Assembly: GCF_022045235.1 (NCBI RefSeq)
Contig: NW_027266271.1
Location: 27,900,001 to 27,964,000 of the forward strand
Direction: 5' to 3'
Length of the DNA: 64,000 nucleotides
DNA from: Haliotis cracherodii
Taxonomy: Eukaryota
Shown: positions 55,101 through 63,384 of the stretch, in pieces
How positions within the stretch are numbered: the first letter of the stretch is position 1
Layout: the number at the start of each line of letters is the position of its first letter
The notes under the pieces: model-generated
Told to the model about the DNA's origin: nothing
What the model saw: the letters and a program-made list of their open reading frames with translations, nothing else
Database searches by the model: none
Translations under genes and position numbers: made by a program

Positions 55101-58100
55101 GAATTCGGCTTTTAGTAGAGATTTCTTATGAAATTGGAAAGGGTTTTGTTGCTTATATTTCAAGCATTAACTCTGTCAATTCCGAGTGTATTATCAGTGG
55201 TAACAAGTATGGAGAGAGTGGTATTGTCGAAGATGTTTACATTGTAATACTTTCTCAATGGACATATATTTTCCACAAAATAAAAATTATAAGAATGGAC
55301 TCTGAGTTTGATCTAAGGTTACTACTGATATTTCTAACTAATGTACAAGTTTGTATATACAAGCTGACGTTCTGTGATATTATTGAAATACTGTTCAAAG
55401 CGGTGTAAGACAAAAGTCCCTCACTGACTCTTCCAGGTGTTACACAAAGGAACCGGACAGTCATCGAGAACCCGCTAGGTAATGGGCGAAGATGTCCCCC
55501 AGAGACTGAACTGCGCCAATCCAAACCTTGCTTCAAGAAAGGCTGCTATCGCTGGATCATTTCCGACTGGTCCGAATGCCAGGCTGAGACTGGAGTTTGT
55601 GGAGAGAGCATCCAGACACGGAATGTGTCCTGTGTTGGTGAGGATGGGTTGGCTGTTGAAACAAACAAGTGTCCAGTGGATGTGGCAAAACTAGTGATGA
55701 AGGTGAGTAGGGTTTAATAAGCTTATGTGGTCCATCCCGATAGTTCAGCAAAGCCATGTTAAAGTATCAAGTAGACCTGGACAGGTCAGGACCCAGTCAA
55801 ACACTTAGTTGTGCATGCAAATTTTGTGATTTACAGGTGCTACCTGTAGGACAGGACATGCTTACTCTTCAGAAAACACCTGTTTCCATCGCTGATTTTC
55901 GGTGATCCATTCATATAATTTTCACATCTATTTTGCCATTTACACCCAATGGAATCTGTTTCATTGGATAATCAAGACTGGTAGTTCTCTGGCATTTATC
56001 TTCGGTATATTTCCATGAAGTGATTTTAACATTTGTTAAGGTTTGCACAGATGCACCAGTATGTGTCTAACGACACTTTCAGAGATTCTCCCCTTTGCCA
56101 TGCCAGGATCAGTTATTAAAGAGTTCAAATCACAGATTTGTCTGATCATGATTGTTTTGCTCTGTCAGGGTCATGCTCTTGATTGAGTGTTGCACCAAAG
56201 TGCCTCTATGTTCCTTCCCAAACCCTTTCTCTCGCTAAGTTCCATTAGATGATCACAGTACAGTAGGCCAGACACAGATCTCTACAAAGTCTGATTGATG
56301 TAGGAATACATGAGGCACCTGCCCACAGCTGCCAGGCCCTCTTGAGGGTATCCTTAAGAGAAGAGAAACAACCTTGCTGTTAACAATTCTGCTATTTGTT
56401 ATTATGTGGGTGATCAAGGGCTGAGAAATAATTTGTTTGGCTATGTACTTCAGTTTTCAGAAGTGAGAAAAGTTATATTTTCATTGCAGTGAACATAACA
56501 CTTGGATAGAAATATTGTAAAACAAAAGTTACCTCCCTGCAAATTGTCTCCCTTTGTTGTAAATGTCTGGCCCATACACAAACCGTTTACTTCCTTTTTA
56601 CGTTATTTCCACATCGAAAAGACAAAATAATGACAGATAGTCATTTATGGGGGTAATGTCACTTCTTGCCATTTGTTATTCTCTTGAAAATGTTTTGTAA
56701 TTAACTGTACATTTCACATTTAACTCATTAATCGAGACTGTTCGTATCGCAAAGCACCATTTTTGTTACTTGACCAGCGTGTATTCTTTTGCTGCCAACA
56801 GCTGTCTTGTTACAATAAACCAAATTTTGTGTGACTTTCATGTGTCCCTCAGGCCACAGTTAATTCATGATTAGGTTTTCATCTCAAACGTTGAAAAACA
56901 CGAGGCAGGAGGTAATATATCGTTTAATTTTTTAACAAATGGTCTGTGCCATATGTATCCATGAAGCATGAAGCAGAAATATTTGGTATAATTACTTCTT
57001 ACACACTCATTTGAATCATCAGCATCGCTTAAATAATCTCCGGATATAACTGAAAACGTTTTGTGGAGGGTTACATGAGACACAAGGTANNNNNNNNNNN
57101 NNNNNNNNNNNNNNNNNNNNNNNNNNNNNNNNNNNNNNNNNNNNNNNNNNNNNNNNNNNNNNNNNNNNNNNNNNNNNNNNNNNNNNNNNNNNNNNNNNNN
57201 NNNNNNNNNNNNNNNNNNNNNNNNNATATTGTACTTACTCAGCATTCACCTGAAGCTGCTGGAAGAACTAGCCCTGAAACATCATGAGAAAGAATAAAAG
57301 AACTTGCTATCCATTAAAGTGACCTGTATTCATGTTCTTCCAACTTCTAAATGCCTGTCAAAGACTTGAGGTATAAGTAGTGAGCAATAAACTAGATGAC
57401 ATCACATGTGACCTTTGTGTTATGTATTAATGCACCCCTGCAAATGTGATAGAAGACAAACTATGCATTGATTCAATGGTAAAATGGTGCAATTTTAGGG
57501 AAATAAAATATTGCACTTGTGCATGTTAGATACCATTTATCTTACAGCTTGTTAGATACCTTCAGAAACAGGCGTAAGATAAGTGGTATGTGACCGACGT
57601 TTGTCTGGTTATCTCTCTGAACATGGTTATTTAATCCAGACAAGAAAAGAGGCAACACATTTGCAATAGGAGCATTTTATAAGATGAATATGCAATAAAG
57701 ACATGACCAAGTCAATCGGTCATCATACTGGTATTTCTGCCATGGGGTTAAAACAACGGATCCATCTCTTTCTTATAACATAGTGGCATAAAGGGTTGAA
57801 GAAGACAGACACTTGCTAACACCCTCACTTGAATAGGGAGATCATGTTTTACCGGTAAGCACATGCAGACCTAGCCTGCCAGGTTTCTATGTTACCTTCC
57901 TGCACTGACAGATTAGGTCACACGACTCGTGCTAATACTGTTTGTTATCCATGAGACACTGACAGATTAGGTGACACTACTTGTCCTAATACTGTTCGTT
58001 ATCCATGACACATATCCACTGACACATTCATGGCATCAGTCAAACTCCGCAACTCCACAGGCCCTGAATATTCCCACTGTACCCAATTACTCCAAGTAAA

Positions 58101-61100
58101 TCCTGAATCCATACAATGACTACCTTGGACACCCTGGGGAAATGTGTAACTGGAGACATATCACCTCTGTATACCCTCAAAGATGAGGGTTTTGTGGTAC
58201 GTTTCATGACTTGCAAAACAATCACGGCTATTACCTAGTTTATGGGAATATTTCGGAAATAGCTTAAGGATCCAAAATCTTTTCTTTTAAAATCTCAAAA
58301 TCTCTTGGATTTGTGGAGACTTTTTGGCTCATGGGCTTGATACGACTGGCAGTCATCAGCTTCCTTGCTATCTGCCTCAAGAACAAGATTCATAAATATG
58401 CTGGGGAAAAGGAGAGTGAGAAATTGTTACTTTTTTGTAATGGTCATTAGCATTTGTTTCAGACATGTGTCTTGCTGGAAAATCAATATTACCGGTAATG
58501 AAATTAAGGTGACTTTTTTGGTAGTATTTTGATGAAAATCCTTTTGTCAACAGTCATAACATTCTTCTATAGTACTTTGATGGGATTCTTGTTCACTTCA
58601 GTCACATCCTGAAGCCTTTTAGAAAATCACCTGATCGGCATTCTTGATCATAAAAGGAGTCCATATGAAAGAGTTATATAATTTGATTGATGTCTTAGAT
58701 TGTAAAAATTGAAATTATTTGCAAGAACGCCTAGTATTTACCCATAAATTATCAGTTCTGTTTTTTTTCCATTATCAAACAGAAGAGAGGGAATTGTTGA
58801 TTTGTCTGTGTAGGTGGAAGCACATATTTATACTTACAAAGTTTCACTGTCTCATGAATAATTTTAATTATCATCATTACAGAAGTCAGCAGCAGACAGA
58901 TAGAACTAGTTTGAGGATAATAGTACTTATGTATAACTCATTTATACTGAGAGTTAAACAATACTCAACATAGTAAATTTAGATTTATGATAAGTGTGTG
59001 TGTGAATGCATGAATAAACTACTCATAACTTAAAATATGTTATGTTTTTACTTTATAAATGAATTTTATTTTATGGGCACCAATTTGCTATCACAACATG
59101 TCATGACAAAATGGTGCTGTGTGCTGGAGTTATACATTCGACAAAGCATTGTAGAAAATAACAGAGGAAGACAAACATGTCTATATTGCAAACGTAGGGA
59201 CTGTTAATGCGCAGTTCAGACTGTATCACAACACTTTTCATGTGTTGCTTTTAGTGTAAATTTGTTATGAATATGGAAAGGGTTTTGTTGCTTTTATTCC
59301 TTGAATAATGTCCTTGAATAATGTCCTTTGACTGTCTAGCTTCAGGCTAGGTTTATCATCTATTATTGCAGGTGTACAAGATGGTGATGACATTGTCCTC
59401 TTGTAAATTGTTTTGTTTTGGAAACACTTGGATAACAATGAAATGCTGTAGTACACACCGTTTTGTCATGATAACATACCATTCTACATTTTAAATGTAA
59501 TCCAAGAATTGCTACATTTCTGGATTGGGTACTGTTTGGACAGTGAGAATGGCTAACAATAGTCTCCAAGCATGCAGTGGTCATTTGCAAGGAGACTTGA
59601 GGTGAGGTGAGGTGGGCTGTCTATAACACATCTCCTGGAAGCATTTGCCTCTCATGAAATATTCAATAGGTGAATAGGTGAATGACTTAGTTACCATAAT
59701 TTCATCCTTTTGGGTTGAACATATTGATAGGAAAAAATGGCTTCCATATTAATTTTGGATCTTGTTTGGGAAGTTAGATTTATCTTATTTTTCTGACAAG
59801 GATATTGATCAGATACTTTTCTAAAAATTAAAACAATAGAAGGTGATTGAAAACCCCAGCTTTCTGCCAAAGAGATTTGTCTTTTTCGTTATGGAAAAGG
59901 AAACTGGTTTAACCTAAAAAAGCAGATTGATTGTGTTTTAGAGTACAGAAATAGTCTGTCACATCTCCAGCAGCAAGTATTCTGTTTTGTTTGTTCCTGA
60001 ACAGATTAGATATTGATATCACATGGAGCATCCTGTAAAACCTGCCCGCTATGCTAATGTGTTCTGTTAAGCATCCCTGCCCTTCATAAACATTTTAAAT
60101 ATGTAACACCAATGCCAGAGAATAACAAGTCTCGATTATCTGCCCAAACAGATTCCACTGGGTTTAAATTGCCAAATGGTGATGAAAATTGTGTGAATGG
60201 ATCACTTAAAATCATTGATGACACCAGGTGTTCACAGAACACATTACAGAGGGTCAATGCATTGTTCTCAGTTGAGATTGTTTCATCATTCACATTTCCT
60301 TTCCCAGTGTATATGAGTGTGATTCCCAGTATATCTGAGTGTTATTCCCAGTATACCTGAGTGTGATTCCCAGTATACCTGAGTGTGATTCCCAGTATAT
60401 CTGAGTGTGATTCCCAGTATATCTGAGTGTGATTCCCAGTATATCTGAGTGTGATTCCCAGTATACCTGAGTGTTATTCCCAGTATACCTGAGTGTGATT
60501 CCCAGTATATCTGAGTGTGATTCCCAGTATATCTGAGTGTGATTCCCAGTATACCTGAGTGTTATTCCCAGTATATCTGAGTGTGATTACCAGTATATCT
60601 GAGTGTGATTCCCATTATATCTGAGTGTGATTCCCAGTATACCTGAGTGTGATTCCCAGTATATCTGAGTGTTATTCCCAGTATACCTGAGTGTGATTCC
60701 CAGTATACCTGAGTGTTATTCCCAGTATATCTGAGTGTGATTCCCAGTATATCTGAGTGTGATTCCCAGTATACCTGAGTGTGATTCCCAGTATATCTGA
60801 GAGTGATTCCCAGTATACCTGAGTGTGATTCCCAGTATACCTGAGTGTTATTCCCAGTATACCTGAGTGTTATTCCCAGTGTATATGAGTGTGATTCCTA
60901 GTATACCTGAGTGTGATTCCCAGTATATCTGAGTGTGATTCCCAGTATACCTGAATGTTATTCCCAGTATACCTGAGTGTTATTCCCAGTGTATATGAGT
61001 GTGATTCCCAGTATACGTGAGTGTGATTCCCAGTATACCTGAGTGTGATTCCCAGTGTACCTGAGTGTGATTCCCAGTATACCTGAGTGTGATTCCCAGT

Positions 61101-63213
61101 ATACCTGAGTGTGATTCCCAGTATAGCTGATTCCCAGTATACCTGAGTGTGATTCCCAGTATACCTGAGTGTGATTCCCAGTATACCTGAGTGTGATTCC
61201 CAGTATATCTGAGTGTGATTCCCAGTATAGCTGATTCCCACTATACCTGAGTGTGATTCCCAGTGTATCTGAGTGTGATTCCCAGTATACCTGAGTGTTA
61301 TTCCCAGTGTATATCTGAGTGTTATTCCCAGTATACCTGAGTGTTATTCCCAGTGTATATGAGTGTTATTCCCAGTATACCTGAGTGTTATTCCCAGTAT
61401 ATCTGAGTGTTATTCCCAGTATACCTGAGTGTGATTCCCAGTATACCTGAGTGTTATTCCCAGTGTATATCTGAGTGTTATTCCAAGTATACCTGAGTGT
61501 TATTCCCAGTGTATATGAGTGTTATTCCCAGTATACCTGAGTGTTATTCCCAGTATACCTGAGTGTTATTCCCAGTATACCTGAGTGTTATTCCCAGTAT
61601 ACCTGAGTGTTATTCCCAGTATACCTGAGTGTTATTCCCAGTATATCTGAGTGTGAATGCTGTCAAACAACTGAAGTAAACATTCTGCCACCCTCTGGGC
61701 TCTTTCTCCAAAGCTCTTGTACTTCTTTCAAAATTCACTTAAGCAAATGTTTTGGGTGACAACTTCATGAATAATCAATTGAGAAACGGCAACAATTTTG
61801 AGTTGGGACTTATTTAACAACAATGAGTAATTGAAAGTGGTCTACCCACACGTTTAGGTTTCATGTTCTTTCTCATTAAACACATGCATCGATTTAGATG
61901 CACAGTTGTGTGGAGCAAGCTAGCTTGGTGGTGTCATGACAAGGCTACAGACTCACTGAGTAATGGAGTTTCATTCAGACTCGACACATACACGATCCAT
62001 CTCACACATAATTGATGCAGCTTTCTCTGCTGCACTGACATGTTTTCCTGGACAAGATTACACTTCTTTATGTATGTATTCATAGATGAACAATCTCTGT
62101 GAATACATGTTTTATTTAACCAAAGTGTTTTATTGTGCAAAACATACTAAAATATGTGGAAAAATAATGCCACTCCACTGAATGTCACCATGATCTGCAG
62201 ATCATAGCTATGGCGGCCATTTTGAAAATTGGAAATCGCATGTGAAACTTCATTAGTTCAGTTGTCTCTGGAAGGAAGGTGCACAATGAACAATGGCCAA
62301 CAAACCATGACATCTGCTCACTTAACTTCTCAGTCAGGTCAGCAATGCAATTAAAAAGTAAATAATTCCTTTTGGGAGCTATATTTGATCATTGTTATTG
62401 CACTCGGACCCTGTGATACTGCGACATTTATCATATAGCGGTATTTGTGATTTCCAGTGGTTCACAGGGACATGCACCCTAGTGGCTGTCCAAACTTGCA
62501 ACACAGTGGAACAATCAGATACACACATATACTGTAATGACAGTGTGAGATACAAACTTGCAACACAGTGGCACAATGAGATACACATTATACCATGGTT
62601 GCAGTATGGGCCACAGTGTGATGTACCGTATTTCCTCTATTAGACACCCAGTTTCTATTTATTTCAGACAAGCGTTTGACCCGGCGTCAATTAGAGGCCC
62701 GGCATCTATTGGAGGCCTGGCTTCTATTAATACCCCCATTTCACTATGACAACGAATGTCCCGAATCGTCACGAAATGGAAATATTTTGTGTTTGTTGAT
62801 ATCCGTAGATATATCTCAATCAATTGATCGACCCAGCATCTATTAGAGGCCCGGCTTCTATTTTTTGCACTGAACAATTGATCCGGCTTCTATTAGAGGC
62901 CTGGCGTCTAATAGAGGAAATACGGTATATCAGATAGGTACTTTTTCCACATAAATTACTTTACAGGATTTCAGACATGCCATTATAATTATTCTATTTC
63001 CCAGAATAATGCAGGCTGTGTTTCAGAAGAAGTAGAATGTTTTGCCTGATGCAAACTTATACCATAGTGACAGTAGCTGAAGCTTGGCTGATGATCATTA
63101 TCATATGTTCCAGACGGTTCAGACATGCCATGTGTCGTGTCCAGGGGAGTGTCTCTTGTCCAAATGGTCCCAGTGGAGTGAATGCCATATCAGCTGCCAA
63201 GATTTCAGTCACG
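22582..63213 (+). CDS. THSD7A: THSD7A/THSD7B-family gene (thrombospondin type-1 domain-containing protein 7), partial: 18 internal exons, about 1308 aa; 5' and 3' ends not located in window
   Basis: All 18 exons are flanked by AG/GT and phases match at every junction. The spliced protein is a colinear run of TSP1 repeats matching recalled THSD7A motifs (GPWGAC..CG.GG.Q.REVWC; [13 protein letters not shown]; IGYQ.R...C; GGWSDCIL; EE.CIVPCP.DC; SKPC..K.CYRW; SCPGEC.L..WS.WS.C). An invertebrate gene is probably a co-orthologue of THSD7A and THSD7B. Confidence 0.93.
23358..23622 (+). mobile_element. SINE-like family C, about 50 nt after the exon A donor
   Basis: Full family C body and (AAAC)n tail. 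Confidence 0.87.
24170..24385. repeat. 45-bp minisatellite, about 5 copies
   Basis: TGTTGGCAGGGCAGTTTCTGCGTGTAGATGTCATGTGTTTGTTCT. Confidence 0.93.
24505..24892 (+). mobile_element. LINE 3' remnant (ORF2 C-terminal CCHC motif and tail; RTE-X-like)
   Basis: [29 protein letters not shown], then AATAAA-containing tail. Confidence 0.65.
25570..25812 (+). mobile_element. SINE-like family C
   Basis: GTGAAGATCCGGGTTAGAA head to (AAAC)n tail. Confidence 0.82.
26083..26283 (-). mobile_element. About 200-bp non-autonomous DNA element, TAG...CTA ends, 9-bp TSD
   Basis: TSD GCCTTCACA at 26074-26082 and 26284-26292; inverted homologue at 40982-41175. Confidence 0.85.
29166..29275. repeat. Imperfect hairpin (about 38-bp arms) at the end of a CpG-richer segment, probably a transposon end
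   Basis: CCGTGTAAAACAAACTTTATGA..GAATAGTTG / CAACTATTC..TCATAAAATTGGTTTTACACGG. Confidence 0.7.
30111..30372 (+). mobile_element. SINE-like family C with TSD
   Basis: TGCATTAATT on both flanks; (AACC)n tail. Confidence 0.87.
31375..31772. repeat. About 19-bp degenerate minisatellite
   Basis: TGTGTCAGG[A/G]TCTGCTGAT units. Confidence 0.9.
31915..32212 (+). mobile_element. SINE family B, degenerate, tail expanded to (ACTC)n(ACGC)n
   Basis: Homologous to 1946-2229. Confidence 0.8.
32598..32934. mobile_element. hAT-like MITE, best-preserved copy
   Basis: 13-bp TIR TAGGGCTGGGACG / CGTCCCAGCCCTA; degenerate 8-bp TSD GTTCAAAT / GTTAAATT. Confidence 0.8.
33093..33419 (-). mobile_element. SINE family D
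   Basis: Same orientation and sequence blocks as 40-352. Confidence 0.8.
33834..34305. repeat. Compound (TGTC/TGCC/TATG) microsatellite
   Basis: Low-complexity TGTCTG/TGCCTG array. Confidence 0.95.
37351..37632 (+). mobile_element. SINE family B, full length, 13-bp TSD
   Basis: TSD TCTTGTTGTGATC at 37338-37350 and 37633-37645. Confidence 0.92.
37902..38168 (+). CDS. THSD7A: THSD7 exon B (267 nt, phase 2/2)
   Basis: tttttcag|G TTT TGC ... AGA AG|gtatgg; [23 protein letters not shown]...GNGRPCP. Confidence 0.9.
39305..39411 (+). CDS. THSD7A: THSD7 exon C (107 nt, phase 2/1)
   Basis: ttgcag|G GCC AAG TGG ... GAC G|gtcagt; [35 protein letters not shown]. Confidence 0.92.
39449..39673 (+). mobile_element. 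SINE family B, old deleted copy with long (ACTC)n tail
   Basis: Patchy homology (TGTGCAGAG, AGAAACCTATG, GTTTGTCAGCACCATACCC, CTCCCACA). Confidence 0.7.
39963..40148 (+). CDS. THSD7A: THSD7 exon D (186 nt, phase 1/1)
   Basis: ttctag|AG GAG ... ACA G|gtagaa; [29 protein letters not shown]. Confidence 0.92.
40142..40724 (+). repeat. 49/50-bp minisatellite x12 containing the exon D splice donor
   Basis: ATCACAG|GTAGA at 40142, 40192, 40241, 40290, 40340, 40389, 40438, 40487, 40536, 40585, 40635 and 40684. Confidence 0.95.
40723..40927 (+). mobile_element. HINE/DINE-1-like (Helentron-associated) remnant
   Basis: (GTCT/GTCC)n microsatellite and short 3' hairpin TCATC-TTCT-GATGA. Confidence 0.55.
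40982..41175 (+). mobile_element. Second copy of the TAG...CTA element, 9-bp TSD
   Basis: TSD TGTCATAGG at 40973-40981 and 41176-41184. Confidence 0.85.
41458..41660 (+). CDS. THSD7A: THSD7 exon E (203 nt, phase 1/0)
   Basis: tttcag|GA AAA ... AGT GGG|gtgagt; [28 protein letters not shown]. Confidence 0.93.
42061..42167. repeat. 23-bp minisatellite, about 4.5 copies
   Basis: GGATGGGCAGAGATGGGATCATT. Confidence 0.92.
42288..42480 (+). CDS. THSD7A: THSD7 exon F (193 nt, phase 0/1)
   Basis: tttccag|GAG AGA ... AAA G|gtagga; [20 protein letters not shown]. Confidence 0.93.
42521..42928. mobile_element. Foldback element/MITE with about 150-bp TIRs containing tRNA-Arg-like sequence
   Basis: CTAGTGTAGC...GCTACACTAG ends; arms 42521-42678 and 42783-42928 are inverted copies. 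Confidence 0.85.
43475..43610 (+). mobile_element. HINE/Helentron-like 5' end
   Basis: TTTTAGCTCACCTGAC..TCAAGTGAG subterminal hairpin plus GTCCGTC; a reverse remnant lies at about 62200-62347. Confidence 0.6.
43749..43944 (+). CDS. THSD7A: THSD7 exon G (196 nt, phase 1/2)
   Basis: ttacag|AT GGT ... CGG AG|gtaatt; GQPC...[23 protein letters not shown]. Confidence 0.93.
43955..44165. repeat. About 57-bp degenerate minisatellite x4 just after the exon G donor
   Basis: GGCAGATCGGTTGATTGTTGGTGCCAGG repeats. Confidence 0.85.
44594..44715 (+). CDS. THSD7A: THSD7 exon H (122 nt, phase 2/1)
   Basis: ttacag|A TGT ... AGG G|gtaggt; [20 protein letters not shown]. Confidence 0.93.
45148..45357 (+). 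CDS. THSD7A: THSD7 exon I (210 nt, phase 1/1)
   Basis: ttctag|CA CGC ... CGG A|gtgagt; [36 protein letters not shown]. Confidence 0.93.
45797..45991 (+). CDS. THSD7A: THSD7 exon J (195 nt, phase 1/1; absent from ORF track)
   Basis: tcctag|AT ATC TCA TGT ... TTA G|gtaaca; NISCQHGNG...[36 protein letters not shown]. Confidence 0.92.
46140..46181. repeat. (ATG)n microsatellite
   Basis: About 13 ATG units. Confidence 0.95.
46255..46363. mobile_element. Small PIF/Harbinger-like MITE
   Basis: GGGCCCATTTCACAAAG / CTTGGTGGAATGGGGCCC imperfect TIRs. Confidence 0.55.
46470..46775 (+). CDS. THSD7A: THSD7 exon K (306 nt, phase 1/1)
   Basis: ttccag|GT GAT ... TCA G|gtagga; [14 protein letters not shown]...[12 protein letters not shown]. 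Confidence 0.93.
46901..47361. mobile_element. Non-autonomous element starting with a 133-bp imperfect palindrome (46901-47033)
   Basis: ATAATTTGTAGCAGGATCA..GTCCC / GGGATGC..TGATCCAGCTACAACGAATTAT; extent beyond the hairpin is uncertain. Confidence 0.55.
47511..47689 (+). CDS. THSD7A: THSD7 exon L (179 nt, phase 1/0)
   Basis: tcacag|AG TAC ... CGC AAG|gtaaac; [30 protein letters not shown]. Confidence 0.95.
48251..49165. mobile_element. CpG-rich DNA-transposon-like remnant
   Basis: GTACCGCG motifs near both ends; the first 90 bp recur, CpG-decayed, at 62402-62490. Confidence 0.5.
49170..49415 (-). mobile_element. SINE family D, degenerate
   Basis: CAGGGTAACAACAAGTACCATCT and other family D blocks. 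Confidence 0.75.
49662..49786 (+). CDS. THSD7A: THSD7 exon M (125 nt, phase 0/2; absent from ORF track)
   Basis: ttgcag|GAG ACC ... GTC AG|gtgagt; [35 protein letters not shown]. Confidence 0.92.
50147..50620. repeat. 78-bp minisatellite x6, derived from a reverse family C tail
   Basis: AATCTGTATAACAAAGTAAGTGTTGGTTACGTCACACTGTGCAGGCGTATTCCTGCCATGCGATGGTGGCCTGTAAAC. Confidence 0.93.
51571..51727 (+). CDS. THSD7A: THSD7 exon N (157 nt, phase 2/0)
   Basis: tctcag|A TGT AAG ... ACT CAG|gtcagt; [22 protein letters not shown]. Confidence 0.93.
52145..52715. repeat. 107-bp minisatellite x4 resolving into a 41-bp subunit array
   Basis: GTGTGAACTAGCTG at 52146, 52253, 52360 and 52467; then tandem TGATGACATCGTCTGGAATTATTTGAAACAGTATGATGTTG. 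Confidence 0.93.
52811..53086 (+). CDS. THSD7A: THSD7 exon O (276 nt, phase 0/0; contains RGD)
   Basis: ttacag|CCA TGT ... ACA AAA|gtgagt; [33 protein letters not shown]. Confidence 0.93.
53828..54085. repeat. 67-bp minisatellite x4
   Basis: ATAGAAGTGCAGG at 53828, 53895, 53962 and 54029. Confidence 0.93.
54439..54553 (+). CDS. THSD7A: THSD7 exon P (115 nt, phase 0/1)
   Basis: ttccag|ATC CAG ... CTT G|gtatgt; [27 protein letters not shown]; a second in-frame CAG lies 6 nt downstream. Confidence 0.92.
54634..54863. mobile_element. MITE with about 45-50-bp TIRs
   Basis: CTCTATAACATTATAGCCATAAATCCTTTATTTTGGCTG / CAACCAAAATACAGGATTTATGGCTATGATGTAATAGAG. Confidence 0.75.
55361..55430 (+). mobile_element. 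SINE family B 3' remnant abutting the exon Q acceptor
   Basis: AAGCTGACGTTCTGTGATATTATTGAAATACTGTTCAAAGCGGTGTAAGAC..CTCACTGACTC matches the tail at 2158-2229. Confidence 0.75.
55437..55702 (+). CDS. THSD7A: THSD7 exon Q (266 nt, phase 1/0; correct frame absent from ORF track)
   Basis: ttccag|GT GTT ... ATG AAG|gtgagt; [52 protein letters not shown]. Confidence 0.93.
57090..57225. other. Assembly gap (136 N)
   Basis: Run of N. Confidence 1.
60300..61655. repeat. 22-bp minisatellite, about 60 copies
   Basis: GAGTGT[G/T]ATTCCCAGTATA[C/T]CT. Confidence 0.97.
62624..62927. mobile_element. Tc1/mariner-pogo-type MITE, TA TSD
   Basis: TA-CCGTATTTCCTCTATTAGAC / GTCTAATAGAGGAAATACGG-TA; internal TATTAGAGGCCCGGC repeats. 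Confidence 0.88.
63114..63213 (+). CDS. THSD7A: THSD7 exon R (100 nt, phase 0/1)
   Basis: ttccag|ACG GTT ... CAC G|gtgagt; [33 protein letters not shown]. Confidence 0.92.
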
Positions 63214-63219
63214 GTGAGT

Positions 63220-63384
63220 GAGTGAGTGAGTGAGGGAGTTTGGTTTTACGCCGCTTTTAGCAATATTCCAGCAATATGGGGACACCAGAAATGGGCTTCA
63301 CACATTGTACCCATGTCGAGAATCGAACCCGGGTCTTTGGCGTGACGAGCGAACACTTTAACCACTAGGCTACCCGACCGCCCC
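63220..63384 (-). mobile_element. SINE family A inserted at the exon R splice donor, perfect 15-bp TSD
   Basis: TSD TCAGTCACGGTGAGT at 63205-63219 and 63385-63399. Confidence 0.93.

Noticed and set aside
57090-57225. Missing THSD7 exon hidden in the N gap
   Set aside because: Exons Q and R join in phase 0 and give a continuous TSR sequence (KLVMK|[13 protein letters not shown]).
58030-58420. Coding-looking segment (for example [20 protein letters not shown] and a hydrophobic stretch)
   Set aside because: Multiple stops, no splice frame and no confident family match; needs BLASTx.
60300-61655. Regular arrays (also 5012-5686 and 17232-17790) as CRISPR-like
   Set aside because: Head-to-tail repeats without unique spacers, no cas genes, eukaryotic intron context.
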